Source of the DNA: Eledone cirrhosa
Lineage: Eukaryota
Assembly (NCBI GenBank): GCA_964016885.1
Contig: OZ024749.1
Span: forward strand, 52,018,001-52,082,000
Length of the DNA stretch: 64,000 nucleotides
Reading direction: 5' to 3'
The notes beneath the pieces were generated by a model that had not been told where the DNA came from, searched no databases, and saw nothing but the letters and a program-made list of their open reading frames with translations. Numbering within the stretch: position 1 is the first letter of the stretch; each line of letters begins with the position of its first letter. A program made the position numbers and the translations under genes. Shown one piece after another: positions 24,985-35,968 of this stretch.

Positions 24985-27151
24985 TAGTGAGGTGAATTTA
25001 CTACAATATTCTATTAGTGTTTGTTTTATTAAAACTGGAAGGATGAAAGGTTAGTCGGTTTATAGCTGACTTTGAGTTCAAAACAAAGGAATGAAATTAA
25101 ATACAAAAAGGGAATCAGTCTGCTATTTTCTGTTTCTGCTAACTCCCTGCCCTTGAAAAAAAAGACTTATAATATTGTAGAAAATATGGTGTGATTTTAG
25201 AGGGCTTCAGCAATGCAAACCTGACATTAAATGTTAATTGTTGGAATGTTACTTTTGAGGTGTTTAATTAGTCATTAATATTTCGGGATAAAATCCTTTC
25301 ATCAAAAGAACAGTTAAGGAAACTAAGTCAGAGGAGGCAGGGGATACCATAATTTTCCTTTTGACAAAGGAATTTTATTCTGAAATATTAAGGACTAAAT
25401 AAATACCTCTGTCTGTACATCCAACATCTTTGTTACCATTATATTTTAAAATTTAATGTCCTATACATTTTGCTGTAGCCCTAATAGAATATAGTTAGGT
25501 GTTGTAGTGTGAGAAGAAGTTTGCAGAATATGTTAAGTAGGGGTAAACTCTGGAATCTAAGGAATCTGATGCTGGTCAGCATTGGTAATAACTAATCAAT
25601 ACTAATCAAAACTTATTTATTTGTGTCAACACCATTTCTCTCTCTCTCCCTCTCTCTTTCCTTTCCTCACTCTCAGACGAAGGACAGATAGATTATCAAG
25701 GAACATAATCAAGGTCTCAACTATTCCACACAAATGATCCAAGAAGTATATTACAGATCTTCCAGTCCCAAAACATCTCCACTCAACAATTACTCACCTA
25801 GTATAGGATAATTACAGAGTTAAAATGTTCAAAGAATGTACAATCTTGAAACAACTCTGCCTAAATATGCAAAGTATGTCAAGCAGAGAATATTTAAAAA
25901 AAAGTCAAAATATCGATTGCTGTTTGGATGGAGGTGAAGTAAAAAAGTAAATGATTTAAAGGGCAAAGGATGACAAATAAAACAAAAAAAGTAATGTTTT
26001 TACCCAGTATATTTCAGCAATATTACCCTCTTCTCAAATGTAAAAATACTGCTACCAGTTAGGGAAGGATACATTGATTGTTTTGCACCATTTTTGTTTC
26101 TGCATTTGAAAAGAGAGTATTAACCTAGAAATATTTTGTGTAAATGCTAGAATTTTGATTATAATTCCTAAAGTACATCGCTGCTATCTATATCACACTT
26201 AACAGAACAAAAACAATGGAGTAATTTTGATTAAATTTCTAGAAATACCTGATATGATAAAATATTTAACATTTTTATTATATGGAATGTTGCACAAGGT
26301 TTGCTGGTCATTGCTTCCACACAAAAGACGAAATAATTTCAGACCTCTTGTTGTGGGAGATCTCTTCCTCTACCAGAAAGCTAAGATACCAGGATGCCAT
26401 AGCAAGCAAGAGTCACTGGAATTGACAAGGAAGACCTACAAACCTTGATTGGGAAAACAGAGACTGTTTATGTGAAGTTGTATTTGCTGTCTCGCCTATG
26501 GGTGATGGATAAGATATAATATATATTATTATATGGAATATATGCAAACATAATGTTATCATGAAAAACATTTTTTCTTTTTTTTTTTTAAATATAGGAT
26601 AAAAACAACTAGGTATTTATTCAAACTTACATTTATAATATTTTATATTTTATAATTATGGGGAGAATATCTTCTGAAACTATGATATCAATTTTACACA
26701 CACAAAAAAAAACAGGCAGACAGCGATATTGTACATAAAATATACAAAAATGAATATCAGAAATTTTGGAGTTGTACTTGTTTAGCAAGTAAGTTGATTT
26801 GAGATAGTGTGTTAAAATTGGAGCAATCACATCATGGAAAGAGTTATTTTAGCCATTTAAATTTATTACATTTACTTTTTATTCTATTTGATGGTGTCCA
26901 AACTTTTGTTACAGCCTCTGTGACCTTGTCACTGACACAGTTCCATTAAATAACGATTTCTAATCAAGACAAGGACTGCAATATTGGGTTTATTTGACTG
27001 GTGCTTTATTTTTTTAATCAACGCCCTGAAAGGATGAAAGGCAAAGTTGACCTCAGCAGGATTTGAACTCAGAATGAATGTAAAGAGCAGCAATAACTGC
27101 AACAAAGCATTTTATCTGATGCTCTAACGATTCTGCCAATTCACCATCATT

Positions 27152-27345
27152 ACTATATATACTTGAATATAAGCCGACCCCTCCTATTTTATGCCTGAGA
27201 AATGGGCCAAAATCCAAACCCCATTTATAAGCCAAGGCAGCTAATCAACACAATGTTTAGATGGCATATATAAGTCAACCTCCTCCCATTTTACCATTGA
27301 TTCTTTGGTCACATATTCATTGGCTACTATTCCAGTATATATGGT
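27152..27345. mobile_element. Tc1/mariner (Tc2-like) MITE
   Basis: Inverted ends tatatacttgaatataagc...; copies at 47142-47380 and 61352-61576, pieces at 58570 and 59125. Confidence 0.55.
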
Positions 27346-27701
27346 AAGTTCCAACAAACAAACAAAAACTAATTATAACAGTTTTTGTGTGTGTGTTTTT
27401 TAAATGGCTAAAATGATTTTTCCTTGGCCATGATGTAATTACATATCAGAATTTTTCTTTTTTTTTAAATGTTATATTTGATAATATCCATGTTTGGGTT
27501 TTTGCTTGTGTCCTATTTATTAAATGATAATTTATCAAAATAAATATTTTAACTTTGAATATAAATACAATCTTTTATATGTATTATATAAAGCAATAAG
27601 TAATGATTATTTAAGTATTGTTTGTTTGGTTCACATTTATCTAGGCCAGTCTAACAGTTAGCAGCAGTGCCTGATATAATATTTAAAAAAACCCTGATAT
27701 T

Positions 27702-27799
27702 TTATAGAAGTGATTGTTCAATCATGATTCTGTCAAAACCACTTGGTGGTTGATGATAAAATGTAGCAAACTGCACATCCAGAACAGCTCCATCATCAA
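27702..27799 (-). CDS. SPRYD7: SPRYD7 exon 5 (terminal)
   Basis: [31 protein letters not shown], 98 nt. Confidence 0.92.
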
Positions 27800-28249
27800 C
27801 TAAAATAAATATAAAATAAAAGGTTATTAGACTAACCACAACAACAACATCAACTTTACTAATACCACATCCCCTTTTTACTATACATTGTGATAACCCC
27901 ATTTGATAGCAGTCCACCAAAACCCCCTCTGGTTCTATGAAACAGAACCAACCATTTAAAAGTCTTCCAACATAATTTGACATAAGATCCTTTTTTTAAG
28001 TTACTAATATCATCTTAAATAAATACAGTAAATCCCTCCAAATTCTTCATATATATATATATATCTATATCTATATATATATCTATATATCTATATATAT
28101 ATCTATATATCTATATATATATATATCTATATATATATATATATATCTATCTATATATATATCTCTATATATATATCTCTATATATATATCTCTATATAT
28201 ATATATCTATATATATATATATATATATATATCTATATATATATCTCTA

Positions 28250-28294
<45 letters not shown>

Positions 28295-31200
28295 ATATAT
28301 ATCTATATCTATATATCTATATATATATATATATATCTCTATATATATATATATATCTCTATATATATATATATATATCTATATATATATATATCTCTAT
28401 ATATATATATATCTATATATATATATATATCTATATATATATATATATCTATATCACAGAAAAAAAGAGAATCAGTGTTGCGACGAATGGAATTTATTAG
28501 ACATATTACAATTGTTTCTCTGGCGACCAGCTCGAGGCACGATCGATGTGATGATCGAACCTGACTCTGAAAATCGCAAGGTCCTCAGATACGTCTTGAT
28601 TCTACGAAGCAGATTTTCCAATTATATATATATATATATATATATATATTCTTACCAAGACAAATGACATAAGCTAACTAAAACATATAAATATATGAAA
28701 ACAGGTTTGTTAGAAAGTTTATCAGAACAAGTCCAGATAGTCATACAATTAATCAGTGCATGACGGTACATACAAATTTAAATATCATATTTGAAAATCA
28801 TCCCCTGACACATAATTAGCTTCTTTTATATCATAATCCTGCTTTAACAAGGCCGACTGGTTCTACTCAATAATTGTTTCTACTTTAGGCACAAGGCCAG
28901 CAATTACCCAGTGCATTACTGGTACTTTATTTTATCGACCCCGTAAGGATGAAAGGCAAAGTTAACCTCGGCAGGATTTTGAACTCAGACCGTAAACGGA
29001 CGTAACTATGCTGGAAAGCATGGCGTCCGATCCTCTACCGATACTGCCAATTCACCACCCTAGCATGGCGTCCGATCCTCTACCGATACTGCCAATTCAC
29101 CACCCTAGCATGGCGTCCAACCCTCTACCGATACTGCCAATTCACCACCCTAGCATGGCGTCCGATCCTCTACCGATACTGCCAATTCACCACCCTAGCA
29201 TGGCGTCCAACCCTCTACCGATACTGCCAATTCACCACCCTAGCATGGCGTCCAACCCTCTACCGATACTGCCAATTCACCACCCTAGCATGGCGTCCAA
29301 CCCTCTACCGATACTGCCAATTCACCACCCTAGCATGGCGTCCAACCCTCTACCGATACTGCCAATTCACCACCCTAGCATGGCGTCCAACCCTCTACCG
29401 ATACTGCCAATTCACCACCCTAGCATGGCGTCCAACCCTCTACCGATACTGCCAATTCACCACCCTAGCATGGCGTCCAACCCTCTACCGATACTGCCAA
29501 TTCACCACCCTAGCATGGCGTCCAACCCTCTACCGATACTGCCAATTCACCACCCTAGCATGGCGTCCAACCCTCTACCGATACTGCCAATTCACCACCC
29601 TAGCATGGCGTCCAACCCTCTACCGATACTGCCAATTCACCACCCTAGCATGGCGTCCAACCCTCTACCGATACTGCCAATTCACCACCCTAGCATGGCG
29701 TCCAACCCTCTACCGATACTGCCAATTCACCACCCTAGCATGGCGTCCAACCCTCTACCGATACTGCCAATTCACCACCCTAGCATGGCGTCCAACCCTC
29801 TACCGATACTGCCAATTCACCACCCTAGCATGGCGTCCAACCCTCTACCTATACTGCCAATTCACCGTACATTTTGTTTTTTGGGCAAAATTTCTCATAT
29901 TTACTCTATATACTTGAATATAAACTGAGGAATATGTGATCAAAAAAATAAAAATAAATGGTAGGGGGAGGGTGGGGGCTTATATTTGGTGAATATATCA
30001 GGTAAGATGGGTTAGAATCATCATCACCATCATTATCGTTCAACACCCACTTTTTCTGCTAGCAAAGTTTGGACAGATCTAATGACCTCCCAGACATGCC
30101 AAGAGGTATGTATCTCACTTAAGTATAGTCATATATTCTATCGAGTGCTGAATAGAAGCTGTTGTGTCTTTTGACTAAGAAATAAACAACTTACCATACA
30201 TTACAGGATAAAGGGTACCTTTCAATCCACTGACGGGGGTGTTGGTGGGTTTGCCATTTAAGAAGAAATTCAAATCCACATGGTCGTAAGCTAAACCCTG
30301 GAAAGAGAGTTTTATGTTATAGTGATACATGGTGATGATGATGGTGGTGGTGATGATGATGGTGGTGGGGGAGGAGGAGAAGGTTTTACAGCAAAGATAA
30401 ACGATCAAAAGAAAAGTCGGCATCATATAAAAAGTTGTCTTGAGAAAGAGAGAAGAAAGGATGAAAGGTGGTAGTGCTGGTGCCACAACAAAAAGCCCCC
30501 AGTCCATCCTGTAAGGTGGTAGTGTTGGTGCCACAACAAAAAGCCCCCAGTCCACCCTGTAAGGTGGTAGTACTGGTACCATGACAAAAAGGCTCCCAGT
30601 CCATCCTATAAGGTGTTGGTGCCACGACAAAAGGCTCCCAATACACACTGTAATGGAAATAGCATAAGGAAGGGCATCTCGCCATAGAAAACCAGGCCCA
30701 AAACAGATTTTATGAGCAAGATGTGGTCCCCTAACCAATCTAGCCTCATAACATGACAGCCTATCTAACTCAAACTAACAGGGAAAATAGACGTTAAACA
30801 GTGGTAGTGATGATGATAATAGCTCAAAAATTTAAAATGCTAAATTACATTTATACTCTTATATTGCCAAGCATTAAACGGTGATGATGATGATGATATA
30901 CTTACAATAATATCTCCTTCTTGGGCTAATTCTGGTATCTGTATTTTCTCTTCATTATTGTGATAGAGTTTACCATCATGACGTAAAATCCAAGCATCAG
31001 ATTCAGATCCAATAGGTAAGGTATTCAGATCAACTTTCCTTAATGCTAACCCCACACCCCAAGATCCTAAAAATTAAAGAAATTACATATTAAGAAACAT
31101 TGCCTCTGTCATGAAGTGAATGTCTGCTACAATAGCCAATATTTAACCCTTCCATTACCATATTTCTAATGAAACATACTGCCTTAACGATGGTTCTTAC

Positions 31201-33139
31201 ATAAAATTATGATGGAAGGTTTTTAGATAAATATAAACACTTTAACCCTTTCATTACAATATTTCTAATGAAATATACTGCCTATGATTTTGAAAATAAT
31301 CAAGAATTTTGAAGTATTATAATTTTAGTAATATAATTAAATTTCTCATTAAGCTGGCAGTATCGGTAGAGCGTCAGGCAAAATTTCTCGTTATAGTTGA
31401 TAAATATCTTACCTCCACATTGTACTTTGATTTCAAAATATGCTTTGTTTTGAACAATTGGTACGTTTGCCAGTGCACCACCTGAGCCACAGATCCGGCG
31501 GCCATGTTTAACAATAACAACGTCATTACCTGTAGAAGATAAATAAAAAAAAAATGTTTAAACTTTCCAAAGTAGTTGGTGATAGGAAGGGCATCCCGCC
31601 ATAGAAACCATGCTTCCAGTACATCCTGTTAAGTGGTTGGTGATAAGAAGGACATCCAGCTATAGTAACCATTGCTCCATCCATTTATGGACCATTAACT
31701 CTAAATTGAGTCGTAAGGGCGCCATAGTGACATACGACATTTTGTGAGCAATTAAAACTGACAGAGCCCATCCCTGTGTAGTGTAATTGTCTTTAATTGA
31801 CCACACTAATGATGTGACTTTTGCGTGCACGTACGACAAACTACAGTGTTCTTACTGACTCAAACAAAAGAGATTTCAGCATCTTCTCAGACCCAGAAAT
31901 AAAACCCCCAAAACCCAGTCCACATTATCCACGTAGTCGTAGAAAAGAGCTGACACCCACATTCATTCCTTCAGCCATATTTCAATACCTTCTGTTTTTT
32001 CTTGTGGGAAGAAAAAGGATTATCTCCCCTGATATTAACTTTCATTTACCTTAATACATTCGATTTAATATTTTAGCAGGTTAAACAAAAACCCAGGAAT
32101 GTTTTCATCAATGCCTTCAAATGAACAATATCAATAAGGATAACGTCGTAGTTTTTATACAGAAACGCAATATCATTTCTATAATTATGAATTGCTAAAA
32201 TAAAATATCAATTAAAAATAATATAACCATTTCTTTTTTTAATTTCATCAAAATAATTGTAATCTACACTATACGAAAACGTATCTCTGCAAAATTTCAT
32301 TAGAAAATACGAATTATTAGGAAAGTTATGAGGAAAGATATTTGGAGCGGGGGCACGAAATTGTAGTTATGTCGCCTTATGAAATGTCAGATAATTTTAA
32401 AATAAAATAACATATGTTTCTTATTATGAATATAGTTTGAAGGGATTTAAAGAACAAGATCGCTTGACCTTGCTCCCTCTTCTTAAAACAAAGTTTGTGA
32501 CAGAGAGAAATACGTAAATTACGATAAATTAATAATTGTGCGTAAAAAATAATAAGCCTAGACGTAGAAAAGCTTTGATGAGGAATAACCGATACAACGT
32601 TGGGGATGATATCTCAGCTGTGTTTTTTAAAATCGATGTTATGAATTGTTCGATAAAAATACTGAAATAAATGAGTAGATTCCAAACATTCAACACCTTA
32701 ACGAACCTACACAGGATAGGTTCCATAGAGAATTGTAACACGGAAACTAAGATCTATGTCACACAAGAATTTTACGATACGAAGATATCTTTTAATGATA
32801 GATTATGAAACACCAAGTATTGAAGTTTTCATCAGACAGTTTGTTAAAACATAGCAAATCTTTTATCAAATGTAAAACTTTTGCCAGTCAGAAAAACACA
32901 AGATTTCGAAATTCAATCAATAGATGAAAAAAAAAAAAATTACCTTTATAGATATTTAAAAAACAAACAATACCGCCTTGTAAGATTATCTAATTTTTGA
33001 TTGTGAATAACTTACCCATATGAGCCGTATCTAATTTTACAGCAGGTTGGTCTTTTAAAACGACATGACCACTACTAAGACTCGCACCAAACGTACGCCA
33101 ACGTAAACAACAAAAACACGCCGCCATACTGTCCATCAT
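27702..33139 (-). CDS. SPRYD7: SPRY domain-containing protein 7, complete 5-exon gene
   Basis: Spliced protein [10 protein letters not shown]...[26 protein letters not shown]...LYHNNEEK...[13 protein letters not shown]...[11 protein letters not shown]...IEQSLL* follows SPRYD7 end to end as recalled. Confidence 0.93.
28049..28454. repeat. (TA)n/TC-interrupted microsatellite
   Basis: Directly visible. Confidence 0.95.
28499..28596 (-). ncRNA. Type I hammerhead ribozyme motif in SPRYD7 intron 4 (sense)
   Basis: agacgtat-CTGAGGA-extended stem II-GAAA-caattg (palindrome)-TA-atatgtct. Confidence 0.78.
28873..29062 (-). mobile_element. tRNA-derived SINE with gcctttcatcct...gtcgataaaat...gtaccag central domain
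   Basis: A box TGGCAGTATCGG and B box GAGTTCAAAATCC on minus strand; near-identical copy at 33838-34027. Confidence 0.8.
29017..29867. repeat. 45-bp minisatellite, about 19 copies, derived from a SINE 5' head
   Basis: Unit agcatggcgtccaaccctctaccgatactgccaattcaccaccct, contiguous with the SINE at 28873. Confidence 0.95.
30195..30297 (-). CDS. SPRYD7: SPRYD7 exon 4
   Basis: [16 protein letters not shown]...LYPVMY, 103 nt. Confidence 0.92.
30906..31066 (-). CDS. SPRYD7: SPRYD7 exon 3
   Basis: [14 protein letters not shown]...QEGDII, 161 nt. Confidence 0.92.
31413..31529 (-). CDS. SPRYD7: SPRYD7 exon 2
   Basis: [38 protein letters not shown], 117 nt. Confidence 0.92.
33016..33139 (-). CDS. 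SPRYD7: SPRYD7 exon 1 (first ATG 33139; conserved-looking start at 33127)
   Basis: [14 protein letters not shown]...LDTAHMG followed by GTAAG donor. Confidence 0.88.
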
Positions 33140-33215
33140 AGTTAAGCAGTCATTCTTAACCTAAGCGGCGTATGAGCGCGACCACTGTCACACGCGATCA
33201 TTCTCCGTATAATAC
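33128..33215 (-). promoter_or_regulatory. SPRYD7 5'UTR/core promoter
   Basis: CpG-retaining patch immediately upstream of the start codon in CpG-poor DNA. Confidence 0.5.
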
Positions 33216-33837
33216 TAATAGTATTGAATTAATAGGAATTTTTTCTCTCGCTTTGATTATATATTTTTATGCATTATATTTATAAGGTTCTTAGCAACAA
33301 TTAATTAATTATATGTATGTACATTTATTTAATCTTATATATTTGTTGTATGAACATAAATACTGTTTATATTTAAATATAGATTGATTGATTTACGTGA
33401 ATTCGTTATTATAAACAGTATTTAGATATTATAAAAATCGAGAGGAACTGGTATTTACTAATCAATGATGCACACAAAAAAATACTTAGTTGATAGTGTC
33501 TCAAAATTAATTTACATGTTTAGAGGAAAATCTGATCTTTATTTACAGGCAAGAGATAACTATGGGCGTGTTCCAATTTTATTTAATATCATAAATATAG
33601 TATAGTCTACTCAAGACTGCTTTGGTCAGTTGATAAATTTTTACATATAGAAAAATGGTTACGAATAATTTTGGGACAGTATATTTTTTTATAAAAAAAA
33701 ATATCGAATATAAGCCAAGGGAAATAACTCTAGTAAGCCAATTCACGCTACTGGCTTACTTAAGTTACTACCCTTAGTTTAAAAAAAAAAAATTACATAG
33801 CGTATGTTAGAAAATCGAAAATATATTTACAAATGAT

Positions 33838-34027
33838 AATTGTTTCTACTTTTAGGCACAAGGCCAGCAATTATCCAGTGCATTACTGGTACTTTATTTT
33901 ATCGACCCCGTAAGGATGAAAGGTAAAGTCAACCTCGGCGGGATTTGAACTCAGATCGTAAAGGGACGTAACTATGCTGGAAACATGGCGTCCGACCCTC
34001 TACCGATACTGCCAATCCACCACCCTT
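33838..34027 (-). mobile_element. Young full-length SINE, same family as 28873
   Basis: Intact A/B boxes and central domain; further copies at 38325-38510, 53855-54075, 42405-42580 and 58160-58250. Confidence 0.8.
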
Positions 34028-35243
34028 ATATATTTACCAATGATAATACTGTCTTCATATATCTATTCAAGATGTCTTCCACATATGTAAAAATCTGTTT
34101 CGAACCCGGACAGTGTTTATCCTGGTTTCAGTGACGTTAAGTGACTGACAGTACAAGAATGCCCCACTGGACAGGACGCCAGTCCATTGAAGAGTTAACC
34201 ACAAGCTATTGCTGGTACACATTTTTCAGCCGAGTATACTGGAGCAATGTGAAATGATGTGTTTTGCTCAAGAACAAAACACACAACCCTGTCCAGGAAT
34301 CGAACCCACCACATTACGATCGTAAGTCCAACACCCTTACCACAAGGCCATGCACCTCCATCTTCCACATATGGTGTCTACCACAAGGTCTGGGGAGGGG
34401 GGGGGGGGATAGGAAGACTTGGTGGAATGCCAGTACTATGTAGTTTATTAAATAGCCAAACCATTTCTCTCTGTTCTCTCTTATTACCCAGGAAGGTGGA
34501 CGTCTTTGGTTCTACAACAAAAAACATCCAGTCCACCTTACAGGTGGCTATTCTTGAAATACACAAGAAAATACACCGTCCATGCTGTATGGTGGTCATA
34601 TTTGGTGCCACACATAAAAAAGAAAACACCACACAGTTTACTCTGTAAAGTGGTTGTGTTAGAGCCACAAAAAAAAAAGAGAACCTAGTCCACCCTGTAA
34701 TGAGGTTGTCATCCAGAAGTACATCCGGTCATAGGAAACCAAAATTAAAAATGGAGTGTATGAACAAGAAGTGGTGACCTGGTCTGTCTAGCTGCATAAT
34801 GTGACAGCCCATCTAACCAATGCAAGTATGGAAACTAAGACATTAAATGGTTATGATGACCTTGGTAATGGTGTATATCATGTGAAAAGCTTTTCACCAC
34901 CATTGCCACTATATTACCACCACCACCAACACCATCAACACCATCATCATTTAACGGTAACGTCCATTTTTCCACACTAGAGAAGTTGTCAGATTATCAG
35001 ATAAGTTATGTCTAGGGACCATATCATGCTCATATGGTAACTGTATTCTGGCTTGGTTTCTAGAGCTGGATGCCCTTCCTAATGCCAATCACATTACAGT
35101 GTGTGTGTGTGTGTGTATATATATATGTAATACCTAATTTTTGCTGGACCGGCAATCGTTCTGTATAATCAGCTCATGATTATTACTGGAATTTTATAAG
35201 AATCCAGCTTCTATCATTTTCGGCGGAAGCAGGGGAGTACGTT

Positions 35244-35283
35244 GCTCTGATGAATGCCAACCAGCATGAAACAGACTGTCAGC
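35244..35283 (+). ncRNA. Minimal type I hammerhead ribozyme motif
   Basis: gct-CTGATGA-atgc(caacca)gcat-GAAA-cagactg-TC-agc. Confidence 0.75.
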
Positions 35284-35864
35284 TTCTCTCGCCAAAAAGA
35301 AGTGACATAGTCAATACTTTAAAACTGATAGCGTATGGTCTTCTAAATGTTTTTAATTAAACATACGGTATATTGCCAAATATACTATACATACACTCAT
35401 ATATACTACTGCATTGAACCTGCTGACCGGCTGAGAACAAAATACCTTTTGACGAAATGGCAGCCTTGTTCGATCGTTATACCAAAAGCTTACAATGAAA
35501 GCAGGCATTATAATTGATTTAGGTGTCACAGAAACCTCCCACTGGATTATACCATCAATTTCCAGGAAGTCCAGGTAAATTCTTTTGTTTAACCTGTTTA
35601 GCTTGGTTCGTTTTTTTAGCTCAGGTGGCTGATAGCTTCACGACCACTGTTTTCATTTTGTCTGGCCTCTATAACATATGTTAATTGCTCTGGTCTTCTT
35701 TTAGTCCACTGCACGCTTGCCGCATATCTCAAAATTTGCGTTCTGCTTTGTTTTTGGCCACTGCCGAAATACGATCTCGCTGAAATTTTATATATATATA
35801 GAGAGAGCGAGAGCGAGGGAATGAGGGAGATTATAAAACACATGATTTCAGTTAATACAAAATT

Positions 35865-35968
35865 TTATTCACTTAGTTGACAAAGCAAAGCAGCCCCTTT
35901 AGCAACCCAATAATCTTGAGGTTTCTTTGTAGGTAAAAGGACACTTGTAATAAAGTTGGTTGAACGAC
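35865..35968 (-). CDS. DNAH6: DNAH6 terminal exon w46
   Basis: [33 protein letters not shown]. Confidence 0.93.

Noticed and set aside
29008-29928. 306-aa repeat protein ORF / CRISPR-like array
   Set aside because: Head-to-tail 45-bp repeat with no spacers, derived from a SINE, antisense inside an intron
30465-30640. ~48-bp repeats within the 187-aa ORF
   Set aside because: Internal duplication of a common SINE-like segment (also 34490-34700, 54540-54660); only 30195-30297 is coding
33900-34027. tRNA gene
   Set aside because: A/B boxes belong to a multicopy SINE head; no cloverleaf evident
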